IMG/VR virus record: IMGVR_UViG_3300027714_000005
Direction: 5' to 3' (one strand)
DNA: 64,000 nucleotides
Origin: a virus
Shown here: positions 10,278 through 21,312 of the stretch, one piece after another
Layout of the letters: every line of letters starts with the position of its first letter
Position numbering within the stretch: the first letter of the stretch is position 1
Translations under genes and position numbers: made by a program
Notes under the pieces: model-generated
Database searches by the model: none
Seen by the model: the letters and a program-made list of their open reading frames with translations, nothing else
What the model was told of the DNA's origin: nothing

Positions 10278-10648
10278 TTATGAATTATCAAAAAGATGTA
10301 GAAGATTTTATGGAATCAGGACAACAAGACTTTCCCGACTTCCAAGGTATGACGAGTAAACAAGCAAAACTGTATATGGATTTGATTACCGAAGAGTATA
10401 ATGAGACGTGGAGAGCATTCAACGTTGATAAGGACATTGTAGAAGTCGCAGATGGACTTGCTGATATGGTGTGGGTTATCATGGGTATGGCATCTACTTT
10501 AGATATTCCCTTTGATAAGGTCTGGAACGAAGTGAAGGCATCGAATATGTCTAAGTTCGTTAACGGTAAAGTTGTTAAGAACTCAGACGGTAAGATTATG
10601 AAACCTTCAGGGTACTTCCGTCCTAACATTGGAGACATCCTCGCATGA
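10274..10648 (+). CDS. MazG-like/PRA-PH nucleotide pyrophosphohydrolase
   Basis: LITEEYNE, EVADGLADM, SNMSK, DGKIMKP. Confidence 0.85.
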   Translation: MIMNYQKDVEDFMESGQQDFPDFQGMTSKQAKLYMDLITEEYNETWRAFNVDKDIVEVADGLADMVWVIMGMASTLDIPFDKVWNEVKASNMSKFVNGKVVKNSDGKIMKPSGYFRPNIGDILA

Positions 10649-10842
10649 TAAAGTATCTACGTAACAGTGCTAAGATTGACGAGTGTCTGGAGACAGACCA
10701 GTACGGTAATAGAATACATAAGTCCACTGGGGACTATGTTATTGTTATCGAAGGTGATGGGAAACCTGTTTACAAACCTATGTCATTGACTAAGGTTGGT
10801 GGTGAATGGGTTCCTATGCAGATGGAACTAGACCTTGGATAA
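10645..10842 (+). CDS. hypothetical protein
   Basis: ORF coupled with neighbours. Confidence 0.5.
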   Translation: MIKYLRNSAKIDECLETDQYGNRIHKSTGDYVIVIEGDGKPVYKPMSLTKVGGEWVPMQMELDLG

Positions 10843-11308
10843 GTGGGATGTGGCACATCTAAAGGTCGCAGAGACCTATGCTGAATTATCAACAGCTAAA
10901 CGTCTGAAAGTTGGTGCGGTTATTGTAAAAGATAATCGTATCATCTCTATAGGATACAACGGAATGCCGGCCGGTTGGACTAACGAATGTGAACACACTA
11001 ATGGCGCATACGAACTAACAGCAACACTAGTCACTAAAAGGGAAGTTATTCATGCGGAATCGAACGCGATTACAAAGGTCGCAAAGTCAACGGAATCATC
11101 GGAGGGTGCAGTTCTATACACAACCTGTTCCCCCTGCCTCAACTGTGCAAAACTCATCCACCAAGCCGGAATCTCAAGGGTTGTTTACGGATACAAATAT
11201 AAAGCAACCGAAGGATTGACTTTCCTTGAGAAGTGTGGTATAATTCTTGAAACGAACGATAAACCAGACCCTACTAATTTGCCTTGGCAACGGAACCTTA
11301 TACCATGA
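10835..11308 (+). CDS. cd: dCMP deaminase
   Basis: HAESNA and PCLNC zinc motifs, IGYNG. Confidence 0.92.
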   Translation: MDKWDVAHLKVAETYAELSTAKRLKVGAVIVKDNRIISIGYNGMPAGWTNECEHTNGAYELTATLVTKREVIHAESNAITKVAKSTESSEGAVLYTTCSPCLNCAKLIHQAGISRVVYGYKYKATEGLTFLEKCGIILETNDKPDPTNLPWQRNLIP

Positions 11309-11682
11309 ATCCCTTTGATTATGTAAATGCGATTAACTATTCCAAGAAAGACATCATGCAGACTCGCGATGACGAGAAAGCATATAGTCCTTATATGGTC
11401 AATCGTTCATTGTCCTACTTTCAGGATACTGTTGTACTCGCTAATGAGATGAACAAGTATCACCACCTCGACTCACGTCTTCAATTTTCTTTTCTTATAA
11501 ATATAGTTAGAAAGCGCAAACGCTTCTCTAAATGGGTAAAACCTGAATTGGAAAATGACCTTGAGTCGGTTAAAAGATATTATGGATACAGTAACGAAAA
11601 GGCACGTCAAGTGCTATCCCTATTATCACCTTCTCAAATTAAACTTATTAAAGAAAAGGTGAACAAAGGTGGAAGAAAGTAA
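11305..11682 (+). CDS. 62: clamp loader small subunit gp62
   Basis: MNPFDYVNAIN, ANEMN, RKRKRFSKW, YYGYS.EKA; precedes regA. Confidence 0.9.
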   Translation: MNPFDYVNAINYSKKDIMQTRDDEKAYSPYMVNRSLSYFQDTVVLANEMNKYHHLDSRLQFSFLINIVRKRKRFSKWVKPELENDLESVKRYYGYSNEKARQVLSLLSPSQIKLIKEKVNKGGRK

Positions 11683-12079
11683 TTTAGTCGCATGGAGTCC
11701 AGTGCATATGTTAGAGATCACTCTAGCAGAACCTGACGATTTCCTCAAAGTACGTGAAACTCTGACCCGTATCGGTGTCGCATCACGCAAAGAACAGAAG
11801 TTATTTCAGTCCTGTCATATATTGCATAAACAGGGACGGTACTATATCGTCCACTTTAAAGAACTATTTATCCTTGATGGCAAGAAAGCAAACCTAGAGA
11901 AGACAGATGTAGAGAGACGTAATACTATTGCGACACTGCTATCAGACTGGGGACTTGTTGAGATACAGAACAAAGAAGTCGCGGTAGATTGCGCTCCACT
12001 TCGACAGATTAAGATCATCGGATTTAAAGAGAAAGACCAGTGGGAGTTGTGTCCCAAATATAATATTGGAAACAAATAA
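11669..12079 (+). CDS. regA: translational repressor RegA
   Basis: DDFLKVRETLTRIGVAS, QSCHILHKQGRYYIVHFKELF. Confidence 0.95.
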   Translation: MEESNLVAWSPVHMLEITLAEPDDFLKVRETLTRIGVASRKEQKLFQSCHILHKQGRYYIVHFKELFILDGKKANLEKTDVERRNTIATLLSDWGLVEIQNKEVAVDCAPLRQIKIIGFKEKDQWELCPKYNIGNK

Positions 12080-12649
12080 ATGAGTCTGTTTGATGATAAC
12101 ATACAATCCATCCGTGATAAGAAACATTGGTGGGGTCGGATAGAAGATATAGTGGGGTATTCTTGGAATGACATAATGCCCCTCGTTGACTCTCATCCAT
12201 CCAAGTTGTATGATTGGAACCGAGAGAAACAGAGACTCGGTATGAACTCGTTCCATATGCGTGACTCAGCTCCGCAGGTTGCCAAGGATATTGTTGCGGA
12301 GATGCACGAGTGTTTTGTAGAACCCGCACCAAAGAAGTTCGAATATGATAAGGGCGAACCCCACATCACAAACATTGCGTTCTGTGGATTCGGTCAGTTC
12401 TCCGGTTCGTATCCGAGACATAAAGACAGTATGGATGTATTCCTACTTCAAGTAATTCGTGAGTGTAAGATCACCATTGGTTACACCGAAGAACCAACGG
12501 ATGCTGATGAAACTGTTGTTATGAAACCAGGCGACTGTGTATGGATTCCACGGGGAACGTGGCATAAACTGGAACCCTCGGTATCACGGGTTACGTTCTC
12601 GTTTGGTTTTGAGAGTGATAAAGATACCGATCCATCCTTGTTTGTGTAA
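12080..12649 (+). CDS. JmjC/cupin-like oxygenase
   Basis: HKD..DVFLLQ...MKPGD.VWIPRGTWH. Confidence 0.75.
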   Translation: MSLFDDNIQSIRDKKHWWGRIEDIVGYSWNDIMPLVDSHPSKLYDWNREKQRLGMNSFHMRDSAPQVAKDIVAEMHECFVEPAPKKFEYDKGEPHITNIAFCGFGQFSGSYPRHKDSMDVFLLQVIRECKITIGYTEEPTDADETVVMKPGDCVWIPRGTWHKLEPSVSRVTFSFGFESDKDTDPSLFV

Positions 12650-12753
12650 CAAAGTGATATGATATTTGGTTATAACCTCTATCAAGTAACATTACAATTA
12701 TATATAATAGTGGAAGAATAATCTTCCAACAAACAATCTGGAGTAAAAAAGTT

Positions 12754-12855
12754 ATGAAAACCCGCACATTCGGCCGAGCGGAAAGCCTCGGAAATGCGCT
12801 ATTAAGTACGATAATTATAGTAACCTCTATTATTGCTATCGCACCAATATTATAG
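12754..12855 (+). CDS. 33-aa single-TM peptide
   Basis: GGAG RBS, TATATATA motif upstream, hairpin downstream; MKTRTFGRAESLGNALLSTIIIVTSIIAIAPIL. Confidence 0.5.
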   Translation: MKTRTFGRAESLGNALLSTIIIVTSIIAIAPIL

Positions 12856-12864
12856 ACTGAACTA

Positions 12865-12885
12865 GGGTGACTTAGTAGGTCACCC
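12865..12885 (+). terminator. stem-loop (terminator-like)
   Basis: GGGTGAC-ttagtag-GTCACCC; weak U tail. Confidence 0.5.
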
Positions 12886-12906
12886 GAAATTTATTATGAG
12901 TACACT

Positions 12907-13656
12907 ATGAAAGCATATATGATTACAGACCTGAACAACCCAACTTCCGTGAAATACTCGGAGATTGCTTTAGAGTCTTGGAAACAACAATCTCTTCTTG
13001 ACATTGAAGTCATTCAGTGTTATACTCCCAGTACCATCTCAGAATTAGAACCCCTCTACAACTGGCAACCCCTCCTTCACGGAATGCAGAACGGTAAGAT
13101 GAGTTCTCCGTCTGAACGTGCCGGTGACATATCGCACTGGCAGATGATACAAAAACGATCAAAGAGTATGGAACGATTCTATGTGATGGAACACGATTCA
13201 TACCTAGAAGACCCTGATGAGTTTAAACGACAGTTTGATTTCACTATGGAACATGGATTAGACTACGCGAATCACGGACTGTTTATGTCTTGTTACTCGT
13301 TCTCTCGTAGATGTGCCATATACATGAATGACCTATTATTAAAACGAGGATTCCCCCTCAATGGTGGCCCTTATGGATGTGTTGAGAGACTTGTTAAGAC
13401 TTACCTATCTAACAATAATGACAACAACCGACCATACACGTTTATGACTCATCATCCGAATACTGAGAATGTTAGTGTTGGTGCGACTGCCAAAGAACTG
13501 TATAAGGTATATAATAAAACGAGCGAAGATTCAATGTTTTCGAGGTCATCAACCCAAGTTATATCCAAGTCCTTCGGTATAACTCAAACACATGATGGGA
13601 TGAATTCTAATCCTTGGGAAAGGCACAGAGAAAATACTTTTAAAGTTATTGATTGA
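12907..13656 (+). CDS. glycosyltransferase, GT25-like
   Basis: E.A..ISHW.M...YVMEHDS resembles GT25 SH/EDD motifs. Confidence 0.55.
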   Translation: MKAYMITDLNNPTSVKYSEIALESWKQQSLLDIEVIQCYTPSTISELEPLYNWQPLLHGMQNGKMSSPSERAGDISHWQMIQKRSKSMERFYVMEHDSYLEDPDEFKRQFDFTMEHGLDYANHGLFMSCYSFSRRCAIYMNDLLLKRGFPLNGGPYGCVERLVKTYLSNNNDNNRPYTFMTHHPNTENVSVGATAKELYKVYNKTSEDSMFSRSSTQVISKSFGITQTHDGMNSNPWERHRENTFKVID

Positions 13657-13681
13657 CATTACCAGTACACTAGTGTATAAT
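13653..13681 (+). promoter_or_regulatory. sigma70-type promoter for gp43
   Basis: TTGACA-17-TATAAT. Confidence 0.8.
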
Positions 13682-13705
13682 GGTACTTCATTATGAGGAT
13701 TAGTT

Positions 13706-16174
13706 ATGAATTTTTACACATCTATTGACCGTTACGGTAGTACACTTCTTTATAGAGGATATAAGGATGGTGAACGAGTCAAGAAGCGCATCCCGTTTAA
13801 ACCTACTATGTACGTGAGCTCACGTCAGAATAATAGTGGATGGTCTACCTTAGACGGCAAACCAGTCGATCCGATTGAGTTTGACACTATGCGAGAAGCA
13901 ACAGAATTCTCCAAGCGTTACCAACACGTGGACAACTTCAAGGTTCACGGTCAGAATAATTTTATCTCACAGTTTATTGCAGAAGAGTTCCCGAACGACA
14001 TTGAGTTTGATCGTGACCTCCCAGTAATTACAACTATCGATATCGAGGTTCAGTCTGATCAAGGGTTCCCTGAACCTGACAAAGCAGACTATCCAGTTAC
14101 TGCAATCTGTACCAAATCTAATAAGGAAGACTTCTTCCGTGTCTGGGGTCTAGGTGACTATACCCAAGAAGAGGGTCGGGTCATCTACACCAAGTGTGAT
14201 ACTGAGTTGCAACTGCTAGACCAGTTCCTTACCTATTGGCAACATCACGGTGCACCAGATATCGTCACTGGTTGGAACTCTAAGCAGTTCGACATTCCCT
14301 ATCTTGTTAACAGAACCAGAAAGGTTATCGGTGAAGAGTCTACCAAACGTTACTCTCCGTGGGGTGTTGTGTCTAGTCGTACCGTCCGTGGTAAGATGGG
14401 TATGAAAGATGTGGACACCTATGACCTGATGGGTATTGCTCAGTTGGATTACTATGACCTGTTCCGCAAGTTTACCTACAACACACTAGGTCAACAAGAG
14501 TCCTATCGTCTTGACCATATCGCACACGTGGTATTGGGTGAACGTAAACTCTCGTATGAAGAGCACGGTAACCTACACACACTATACAAGGAAGACCACC
14601 AGAAGTTCATCGACTATAACATCCGTGATGTTGAGTTGGTTGATATGTTCGAGGAGAAGCTTGGACTAATTACCCTTGCAATGACTATGGCATATCGTGG
14701 TGGTTGTAACTATGAGGAAGTGTTTGGTACGACCACTATCTGGGATACCATCATCTATCGTATTCTAAACCTACAGAAGATTGCAGTTCCTGCCAAGACC
14801 GAGAAACCCAAGGGTGACTTCGCTGGTGGTTATGTGAAAGACCCCCAAGTAGGTTCGCACGACTGGGTCACATCATTCGATTTGAACTCACTGTATCCAA
14901 TGATTATTGTTCAATACAATATGTCACCTGAGACTGTGGTCGATGGTCTGGTGGATACTGATGTTCCCCGTATGATGGCAGGTGTTACTAACACTAGTGG
15001 CCCGTATGCGATTGCACCATCTGGTGTTCGTTTCACCAAAGAGAAAGAGGGTATCATCCCTAGTGTGATTCGACAGTACTATGCTGAACGTAAACAGATC
15101 AAACGTCAGATGTTGGACGCACAATCTGAGTACGAGGTGAACCCCACCAAAGAGTTGATGAACAAGATTGCGACACTTGACAACCAACAGATGTCTATCA
15201 AGATTCTTATGAACAGTCTCTATGGTGCGTTGGGTAATCGATGGTTCCGTTACTTTGACCAACGTGTTGCAGAGTCTATTACTCTCGCTGGACAGTTGTC
15301 TATCCTATGGGCAGAACGTGCGGTCAACAAGGAGATGAACACTCTGTTGAAGTCTGATAAGGACTATGTGATCGCAATCGATACCGATTCACTGTACATC
15401 AATATGAGTAAACTTGTCGAACAGTTCTCCCCCAAAGACCCTGTTAAGTTCCTTGACAAGATATGTCGTGAACACTTCGAACCTGTACTCACCAAGTCTT
15501 ATGTCCAACTCGCTGACTATACCAATGCGTATGTCAACCGTATGGAGATGGGTCGTGAGGTTATTGCTGATCGTGGTATCTGGGTTGCTAAGAAGAGATA
15601 CATACTGAACGTCCACAATAACGAGGGTGTCCAGTACGCAGAACCTAAGATGAAGATTATGGGTATCGAGGCAATCAAGTCTTCGACCCCACAGATTGTC
15701 CGCGAGAAGATGAAGGAGATGTTTCATATCATTGTTAATGGCACTGAGTCGGACACACAGAAGTACATTTCTACGTTTAAGTCCGAGTTTCGGAAGCTTC
15801 CCCCCGAAGACATTTCATTCCCCCGTGGTGTGAGTGACGTGAAGAAGTGGAGTGACCGTAAGACTATCTACAAGAAAGCGTGTCCTATCCATGTCCGTGG
15901 TGCTTTGTTGTATAACAAGTACACCAAGGGTATGCGACACGAGACTATCAAGAATGGTGAGAAGATCAAGTTCTGTTACCTCAAGGTTCCTAACCCAATC
16001 AAAGAGAACGTTATCTCGTACCCACAACGATTGCCTCGTGAGTTGAAACTGGAACGATTTGTTGACTATGACAAGATGTTTTCCAAGACCTTCACTGACC
16101 CACTCGAACCAATCTTGGATGCGGTTGGTTGGACTGCTGAACCAAGTTCGTCCCTTGACGAGTTCTTTGGATAG
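13706..16174 (+). CDS. 43: family B DNA polymerase gp43
   Basis: DIE exo [25 protein letters not shown]-terminal clamp-binding SLDEFF; uninterrupted. Confidence 0.97.
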   Translation: MNFYTSIDRYGSTLLYRGYKDGERVKKRIPFKPTMYVSSRQNNSGWSTLDGKPVDPIEFDTMREATEFSKRYQHVDNFKVHGQNNFISQFIAEEFPNDIEFDRDLPVITTIDIEVQSDQGFPEPDKADYPVTAICTKSNKEDFFRVWGLGDYTQEEGRVIYTKCDTELQLLDQFLTYWQHHGAPDIVTGWNSKQFDIPYLVNRTRKVIGEESTKRYSPWGVVSSRTVRGKMGMKDVDTYDLMGIAQLDYYDLFRKFTYNTLGQQESYRLDHIAHVVLGERKLSYEEHGNLHTLYKEDHQKFIDYNIRDVELVDMFEEKLGLITLAMTMAYRGGCNYEEVFGTTTIWDTIIYRILNLQKIAVPAKTEKPKGDFAGGYVKDPQVGSHDWVTSFDLNSLYPMIIVQYNMSPETVVDGLVDTDVPRMMAGVTNTSGPYAIAPSGVRFTKEKEGIIPSVIRQYYAERKQIKRQMLDAQSEYEVNPTKELMNKIATLDNQQMSIKILMNSLYGALGNRWFRYFDQRVAESITLAGQLSILWAERAVNKEMNTLLKSDKDYVIAIDTDSLYINMSKLVEQFSPKDPVKFLDKICREHFEPVLTKSYVQLADYTNAYVNRMEMGREVIADRGIWVAKKRYILNVHNNEGVQYAEPKMKIMGIEAIKSSTPQIVREKMKEMFHIIVNGTESDTQKYISTFKSEFRKLPPEDISFPRGVSDVKKWSDRKTIYKKACPIHVRGALLYNKYTKGMRHETIKNGEKIKFCYLKVPNPIKENVISYPQRLPRELKLERFVDYDKMFSKTFTDPLEPILDAVGWTAEPSSSLDEFFG

Positions 16175-16200
16175 GAGTGGTGTAATGGGACAAATAACGC

Positions 16201-16229
16201 TTGACAATACGTGATAGGAGTAGTATAAT
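16201..16229 (+). promoter_or_regulatory. sigma70-type promoter
   Basis: AAATAACGC-TTGACA-17-TATAAT. Confidence 0.8.
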
Positions 16230-16235
16230 AGGACA

Positions 16236-17192
16236 ATGAAATATTCACTTACTATATTTAAAAATACGTTTGACAACCAAACACATCGTGGTATGATCCT
16301 CGATTCGTGGGACGGTGTCGAGAAACTACTTCGTGATTTGTATAAACAGGAGGGTAAGAAAGGTGGTAGAAATTCTAGTGTGCTTATTAGTCCTGCTCGT
16401 TATTTTCCCGACTCTACTAGGTCTAATAAGAATGTTGATATATGGGGTGGTTGGGCTTGTCTTGATGTCGATGATTATGTTGTACATCCTCATCCCACTC
16501 GCAGTCCTGTTGAGTGCTTGACTATACAGTTAGCAGAAGCGTTTGGTCGTTTCCACTATGTGTGTTATAATACTGCGTCATCCAGAGAAGAGAAACCTAA
16601 GTTCCGTCTCGTATTCCCATTAACAAGACAGGTGGCTAGTAAAGAACTTCCGCACTTCTGGTTTGCGATGAACAAACAGTTTGATGGACTTGGCGACAAG
16701 CAGACCAAAGACCTGTCACGGATGTACTACGTCCCTGCACAGTATCCAGATGCGTACAGTTTTATCTTCACCAATGAGGGTGTGCATCTTGACCCTGATA
16801 TGTTGATGGACAAGTATTCGTTTATCGAAACGTCTGGTAAGACCTTTATGGAAAGACTACCACTTGAGTTGCAACAGGCAGTAATGCAACACCGTAAGGA
16901 TGCGTTAGAAACAACTGACATCACATGGAGTGGTTATCGAGACTGTCCGTTCTTCCCTAAACGTATGGGGGTTGAGTATCAGACTATCAGTGAGACTGGT
17001 TGGTACAGTAAGATGTATGCGATAATGATTGCGACTGCGGGTAATGCATATAAGCGGGGGTATCCAATATCTTCTATTCAAATTGCACAGATGTGTTCTG
17101 AGTTAGACCTTGAGACTGGCAACTGGTATAAGAATCGGCCCTTGGATAAGGAAGCAGACCGTGCACTAGAATACATCTATAGGAATGGATAA
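16236..17192 (+). CDS. AEP-superfamily primase/PrimPol-like protein
   Basis: CLDVDD (DxD), YNTASS..KPKFRLVFPL, KDLSRMYYVP; helical C-terminal domain. Confidence 0.65.
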   Translation: MKYSLTIFKNTFDNQTHRGMILDSWDGVEKLLRDLYKQEGKKGGRNSSVLISPARYFPDSTRSNKNVDIWGGWACLDVDDYVVHPHPTRSPVECLTIQLAEAFGRFHYVCYNTASSREEKPKFRLVFPLTRQVASKELPHFWFAMNKQFDGLGDKQTKDLSRMYYVPAQYPDAYSFIFTNEGVHLDPDMLMDKYSFIETSGKTFMERLPLELQQAVMQHRKDALETTDITWSGYRDCPFFPKRMGVEYQTISETGWYSKMYAIMIATAGNAYKRGYPISSIQIAQMCSELDLETGNWYKNRPLDKEADRALEYIYRNG

Positions 17193-17884
17193 TGGAAGTA
17201 AATAACTATCTAGCATTTCCTACGGTCATTTCTCGTACAAAGTGTGTGGTCTCGGAACAAGAGAAAGACCAATGGTTTGACTTGTATTTAAAACACTCTA
17301 ATAGTGATGGTCAGTCTCACGACTTTGTTGGTTTTGAATCTGTACAGACCGATGAGTTGTTTCGTGATCTTTTTATGGACAGATTGAAGAGTGGTGTTGA
17401 CGAGTATCTCCGTCATCTTAGAATACGTCAAGACAAACTAGATATTCAACTGACCAAATGTTTCTTCAATGTTACTGACCAGAACGGGATCAACTTACAC
17501 GATCACGCAGAGAATCATATATCGTTTACATACTACCCTCACATTGCTGATGGTAAAGAAAGAAACATCAATTTTCAATATCCACATAGGGCACAACCTA
17601 ACGAACCGTATGAACATTTCTTTGAATGTCACGGTAACCCTAACAACAAAGTAGATTCTTTTCCTATATCAGAGGGGGTGTTGTACATATTCCCCTCAAG
17701 TTTATTCCATGATATAGAAACGAGAAAGGGAGATAGTGGGGGTGTGGTACAACCGTTTAAGGACAAGGAGTCTTTGCGGAATAGTAGGTTTTGTGTAGCA
17801 GGTGATTTACTATACACAAGGAAGATCGGTGTGACGAAATACGAGAGAGTATTATCTAATCCTAAACTTTGGAGGACGGTATGA
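17192..17884 (+). CDS. 2OG-Fe(II) oxygenase-like protein
   Basis: HDH..NHISFTYY, LYIFPSSLFH, R.CVAG. Confidence 0.7.
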   Translation: MEVNNYLAFPTVISRTKCVVSEQEKDQWFDLYLKHSNSDGQSHDFVGFESVQTDELFRDLFMDRLKSGVDEYLRHLRIRQDKLDIQLTKCFFNVTDQNGINLHDHAENHISFTYYPHIADGKERNINFQYPHRAQPNEPYEHFFECHGNPNNKVDSFPISEGVLYIFPSSLFHDIETRKGDSGGVVQPFKDKESLRNSRFCVAGDLLYTRKIGVTKYERVLSNPKLWRTV

Positions 17885-17916
17885 TAAGACTATATAATGT
17901 ACTAACTACGGAGTAA

Positions 17917-18867
17917 GTGATGAAAATTTTAATAACGGGTGCGGCAGGATTCATTGGTAGTCATTTATCAAACACCCTATTGGACGATGGGTTTGATGTC
18001 ATTGGGTTGGACAACTTCAATGACTATTATGACCCTACCCTAAAACATGACCGCATAGCATACTTTGGTCATCATGTTGTGGAGTGTGACCTAAAAGACT
18101 TCGATGACCTTGATATAGTCTTTAACGAATATCAACCAGATATTGTCATTCACCTCGCTGCACGTGCGGGTGTACGTGACTCGGTCGGTAACGAACAACT
18201 ATATCATAATGATAACATCATTGCTACACAGAATCTTATTCAAGTGTGTAAGATGTATAATGTCGCAAAGGTGATATATGCGTCAACTAGTTCAGTCTAC
18301 GGTGGTACACCTATCCCTGATACTGGTTGGACTGAGGACGAGGTTACTGGTCACCAGTTGAACCCATACGCATACACCAAGTATTGTAACGAATGTCAGT
18401 TTAAAATCTCTGGTTTAAACACTGTTGGACTAAGATTCTTTACTGTATATGGCCCTTGGGGTAGACCTGATATGGCACTATATCAGTTCACCGACAAAAT
18501 TGCGGTAGGTGAACAGATTCAAGCATTCAACTATGGTAAGATGAAACGAGACTTTACATATATCGGTGACATCATCGAAGGTATTAAACTTGTATTATTC
18601 TCTGAAATTGAGTCTGGTGAGATATTTAATATTGGTAGAGGAAAACAGGTAGAGTTGATGCACTTCATCGACAGTATAAGTAAAGAGGTTGGGGTAAAGG
18701 CAGACATACTTCTTGCGCCCCGACATCCTGCTGATACTTTAGAGACTTGGAGTGACACATCTAAATTGCGAAAACTGGGTTATGAACCTAAAGTGAACAT
18801 AGAACAGGGTGTAGCTGCCTTTGTTAGATGGTTCAAAAACTATTATGGAAACGGAGAGATTAAATGA
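17917..18867 (+). CDS. NAD-dependent epimerase (UDP-glucuronate 4-epimerase-like)
   Basis: ITGAAGFIG, YAYTK, RFFTVYGPWGRPDMA. Confidence 0.9.
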   Translation: MMKILITGAAGFIGSHLSNTLLDDGFDVIGLDNFNDYYDPTLKHDRIAYFGHHVVECDLKDFDDLDIVFNEYQPDIVIHLAARAGVRDSVGNEQLYHNDNIIATQNLIQVCKMYNVAKVIYASTSSVYGGTPIPDTGWTEDEVTGHQLNPYAYTKYCNECQFKISGLNTVGLRFFTVYGPWGRPDMALYQFTDKIAVGEQIQAFNYGKMKRDFTYIGDIIEGIKLVLFSEIESGEIFNIGRGKQVELMHFIDSISKEVGVKADILLAPRHPADTLETWSDTSKLRKLGYEPKVNIEQGVAAFVRWFKNYYGNGEIK

Positions 18868-19814
18868 GTAATGTGACAGAAGGTGATTTTAACACCAACA
18901 ACGACCCAGAAGTGACTGGACAATTAGTACAAGAACTAGACGAGAACGGAGAATATCCTAAGTTGCGAATGGGTATTGTGGGACACGGATTCGTGGGACA
19001 AGCAGTGGACTATGCCTTCACTCATAGAGACATCGAGAAGTTCTATGTAGACCCTAAACACGGAACGACCATTGATGACCTATTGGATTGGAAACCGAAT
19101 GTGACATTCGTTTGTGCACCAACACCAATGGCAGAGAGTGGGTTTATTGATGCGTCTATTGTAGAAGATGCCGTACTGAAGTTACTGGAACACACTGAAG
19201 GTGGTGTTGTTGTTAAATCAACTATCACACCAGACATTGTTGACCGTTTGTATTCTTCGGTATTTGAGGAAGATGTTAAACGTCTGACTATCAACCCTGA
19301 GTTCCTGACTGAGTCTGCTAATAAAGAAGCATTCGTAATGGCAAAGTATCACGTAATCGGTGGCCACCCCGATGCCGCACAGGGTCTCGCACAGTTGTAT
19401 GAAGTGTACAGTCTATGTACCGCAACTGAGTTTCTCTTCTGTAGTGGTTCAGAAGCAGCGTTTATTAAGTATGGAGTGAACTCATACCTTGCGACCAAGG
19501 TTACCTTCTTCAACCAATTATTCGATTCGATTGAGAAGTTTGGTTGTAACTTTCCAACAATTGTCAATGCTATTGGTAAAGACCCCCGTATCGGTTTAGG
19601 TCACACGAGAGTGCCCGGCTATGATGGTAAACGTGGATTTGGTGGTGCTTGTTTCCCCAAGGATACAAAAGCATTTACCTTGTTTGATAAAGATTTGACA
19701 TTGATTGATAAGTGTGTTACTATCAATAACGAATACAGAAAACCATATGAGTTGGACTCTCGCGAACAATCTAATAATATTAGTTACGGGAAAACACTTG
19801 ACAATAAAGAATAA
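18864..19814 (+). CDS. UDP-glucose 6-dehydrogenase (short phage form)
   Basis: GHGFVG, NPEFL.E, K...NSYLATK, GFGGACFPKD. Confidence 0.88.
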   Translation: MSNVTEGDFNTNNDPEVTGQLVQELDENGEYPKLRMGIVGHGFVGQAVDYAFTHRDIEKFYVDPKHGTTIDDLLDWKPNVTFVCAPTPMAESGFIDASIVEDAVLKLLEHTEGGVVVKSTITPDIVDRLYSSVFEEDVKRLTINPEFLTESANKEAFVMAKYHVIGGHPDAAQGLAQLYEVYSLCTATEFLFCSGSEAAFIKYGVNSYLATKVTFFNQLFDSIEKFGCNFPTIVNAIGKDPRIGLGHTRVPGYDGKRGFGGACFPKDTKAFTLFDKDLTLIDKCVTINNEYRKPYELDSREQSNNISYGKTLDNKE

Positions 19815-19826
19815 TTGTGTTATAAT
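19798..19826 (+). promoter_or_regulatory. sigma70-type promoter for uvsX
   Basis: TTGACA-17-TATAAT. Confidence 0.8.
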
Positions 19827-19859
19827 TATGAATACAAAAACAGATATAGGTGAAGTAGT

Positions 19860-20918
19860 ATGAGTAGTATGATGGACAAACTAAAGAAGAATAGTAAAAT
19901 CAAGACCGCAGAAGTGTTGTCTGAAAGTAAGTTCTTCACGGAAAAAGATATGGTAACGACCGATGTTCCGATGGTGAATGTCGCGTTAGCCGGAAGTATT
20001 GACGGTGGTGTCACGCCAGGATTAACAGTCCTAGCAGGCCCTAGTAAGCACTTCAAGACCTCGTTCGCACTGCTTATGGCAGGTGCGTATCTGAGAGCGA
20101 AGAAGGACGCTGTGTTGTTGTTCTATGATAGTGAGTTTGGTAGTCCCCAATCTTACTTTGAACAATTTGGGATCGACACCTCACGGGTGTTACATACGCC
20201 CATCACCAATGTTGAAGAGTTAAAGTTTGACTTAGTAGGTCAGCTTGAGAACATCGACAGAAAAGATGACGTTATAATCGTTATCGATTCAATTGGTAAC
20301 CTTGCATCTAAGAAAGAACTTCAAGATGCAATCGATGAGAAGTCCGTGGCAGATATGTCCCGTGCTAAAGCATTGAAGGGTCTGTTCAGGATGTGTACTC
20401 CATATCTTGCAATGAAGAATATCCCTATGCTTGCCGTCAACCACACATATAAGGAAATTGGACTATTCCCTAAAGACATCGTAGGTGGTGGTACTGGTAT
20501 TTACTACAGTGCAGATAACATCTGGATTCTGGGAAGACAACAAGATAAGGTTGGTACAGAGATTAAAGGTTACCGCTTTATAATCAACGTGGAGAAATCT
20601 CGTTATGTTAAAGAGAAATCTAAAATCCCCATCACAGTATCGTGGGACGGTGGTATCGCGAAGTATAGCGGTATGCTTGATGTGGCTGTCGCTGGTGGTT
20701 ATGTTGCTAAGCCTTCTAACGGTTGGTATTGCGCTGTTGATAGGAATACTGGTGAACTTATGCAACCAAAAGTTAGGGAGAAGGATACGATGCAAGAAGA
20801 GTTCTGGAAACCAATCTTCGCATCAACCGACCTCGCAGACTTTATCAAGTCGCAGTACTCAATCGGAAAAGCACAACTAGTTGACATGGAAGAGATAGTA
20901 AATGCAGTCGATGAATGA
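19860..20918 (+). CDS. uvsX: RecA-like recombinase UvsX
   Basis: AGPSKHFKT, FYDSEFG, DSIGNLASKKE, GGTGIYYSAD. Confidence 0.96.
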   Translation: MSSMMDKLKKNSKIKTAEVLSESKFFTEKDMVTTDVPMVNVALAGSIDGGVTPGLTVLAGPSKHFKTSFALLMAGAYLRAKKDAVLLFYDSEFGSPQSYFEQFGIDTSRVLHTPITNVEELKFDLVGQLENIDRKDDVIIVIDSIGNLASKKELQDAIDEKSVADMSRAKALKGLFRMCTPYLAMKNIPMLAVNHTYKEIGLFPKDIVGGGTGIYYSADNIWILGRQQDKVGTEIKGYRFIINVEKSRYVKEKSKIPITVSWDGGIAKYSGMLDVAVAGGYVAKPSNGWYCAVDRNTGELMQPKVREKDTMQEEFWKPIFASTDLADFIKSQYSIGKAQLVDMEEIVNAVDE

Positions 20919-21312
20919 TATTGAAACTATCCTGAGTGAAGACGTTCATTATAAGATTATCCCAGCCGATAACCCTCACGGGTGGGATATTCGTCTCTTG
21001 GAAGAACACCCTGAGACTGTAATAGCGTTTGACGTGATAGAACTAGTCGAAGGTAAGGAAGAGATTAGTTTTAACTTTAGAATTGTTTCTACCCCAGATA
21101 CAGATTTAACTGTTGATGACTTGACTCTTCAGGAGTATTGTGGTAGAATACTTACTAGTTTACTGCAAGTTGCGGTAAGTGATGGTACACTGGTTGCACA
21201 AGATATTAAGACTGGTGACATAATGGCAACAGAACACATTCATGAACAGGAGTCACTATATAATGAACATCAATCTGGAACAGACGATTCTGAGGAATCT
21301 ACTAACGAATGA
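20902..21312 (+). CDS. hypothetical protein, positional gp40-like
   Basis: Lies between uvsX and gp41 as gene 40 does in T4; sequence similarity not verifiable. Confidence 0.4.
   Translation: MQSMNDIETILSEDVHYKIIPADNPHGWDIRLLEEHPETVIAFDVIELVEGKEEISFNFRIVSTPDTDLTVDDLTLQEYCGRILTSLLQVAVSDGTLVAQDIKTGDIMATEHIHEQESLYNEHQSGTDDSEESTNE

Noticed and set aside
12650-12906. tRNA or riboswitch in intergenic gaps (also 60352-60645)
   Set aside because: Only simple hairpins and small ORFs; no cloverleaf or T-loop
13706-16174. Intein, intron or split in gp43 (also checked nrdA, nrdB, gp41)
   Set aside because: Frames are continuous and of normal length; the nrdA extra segment is a glutaredoxin
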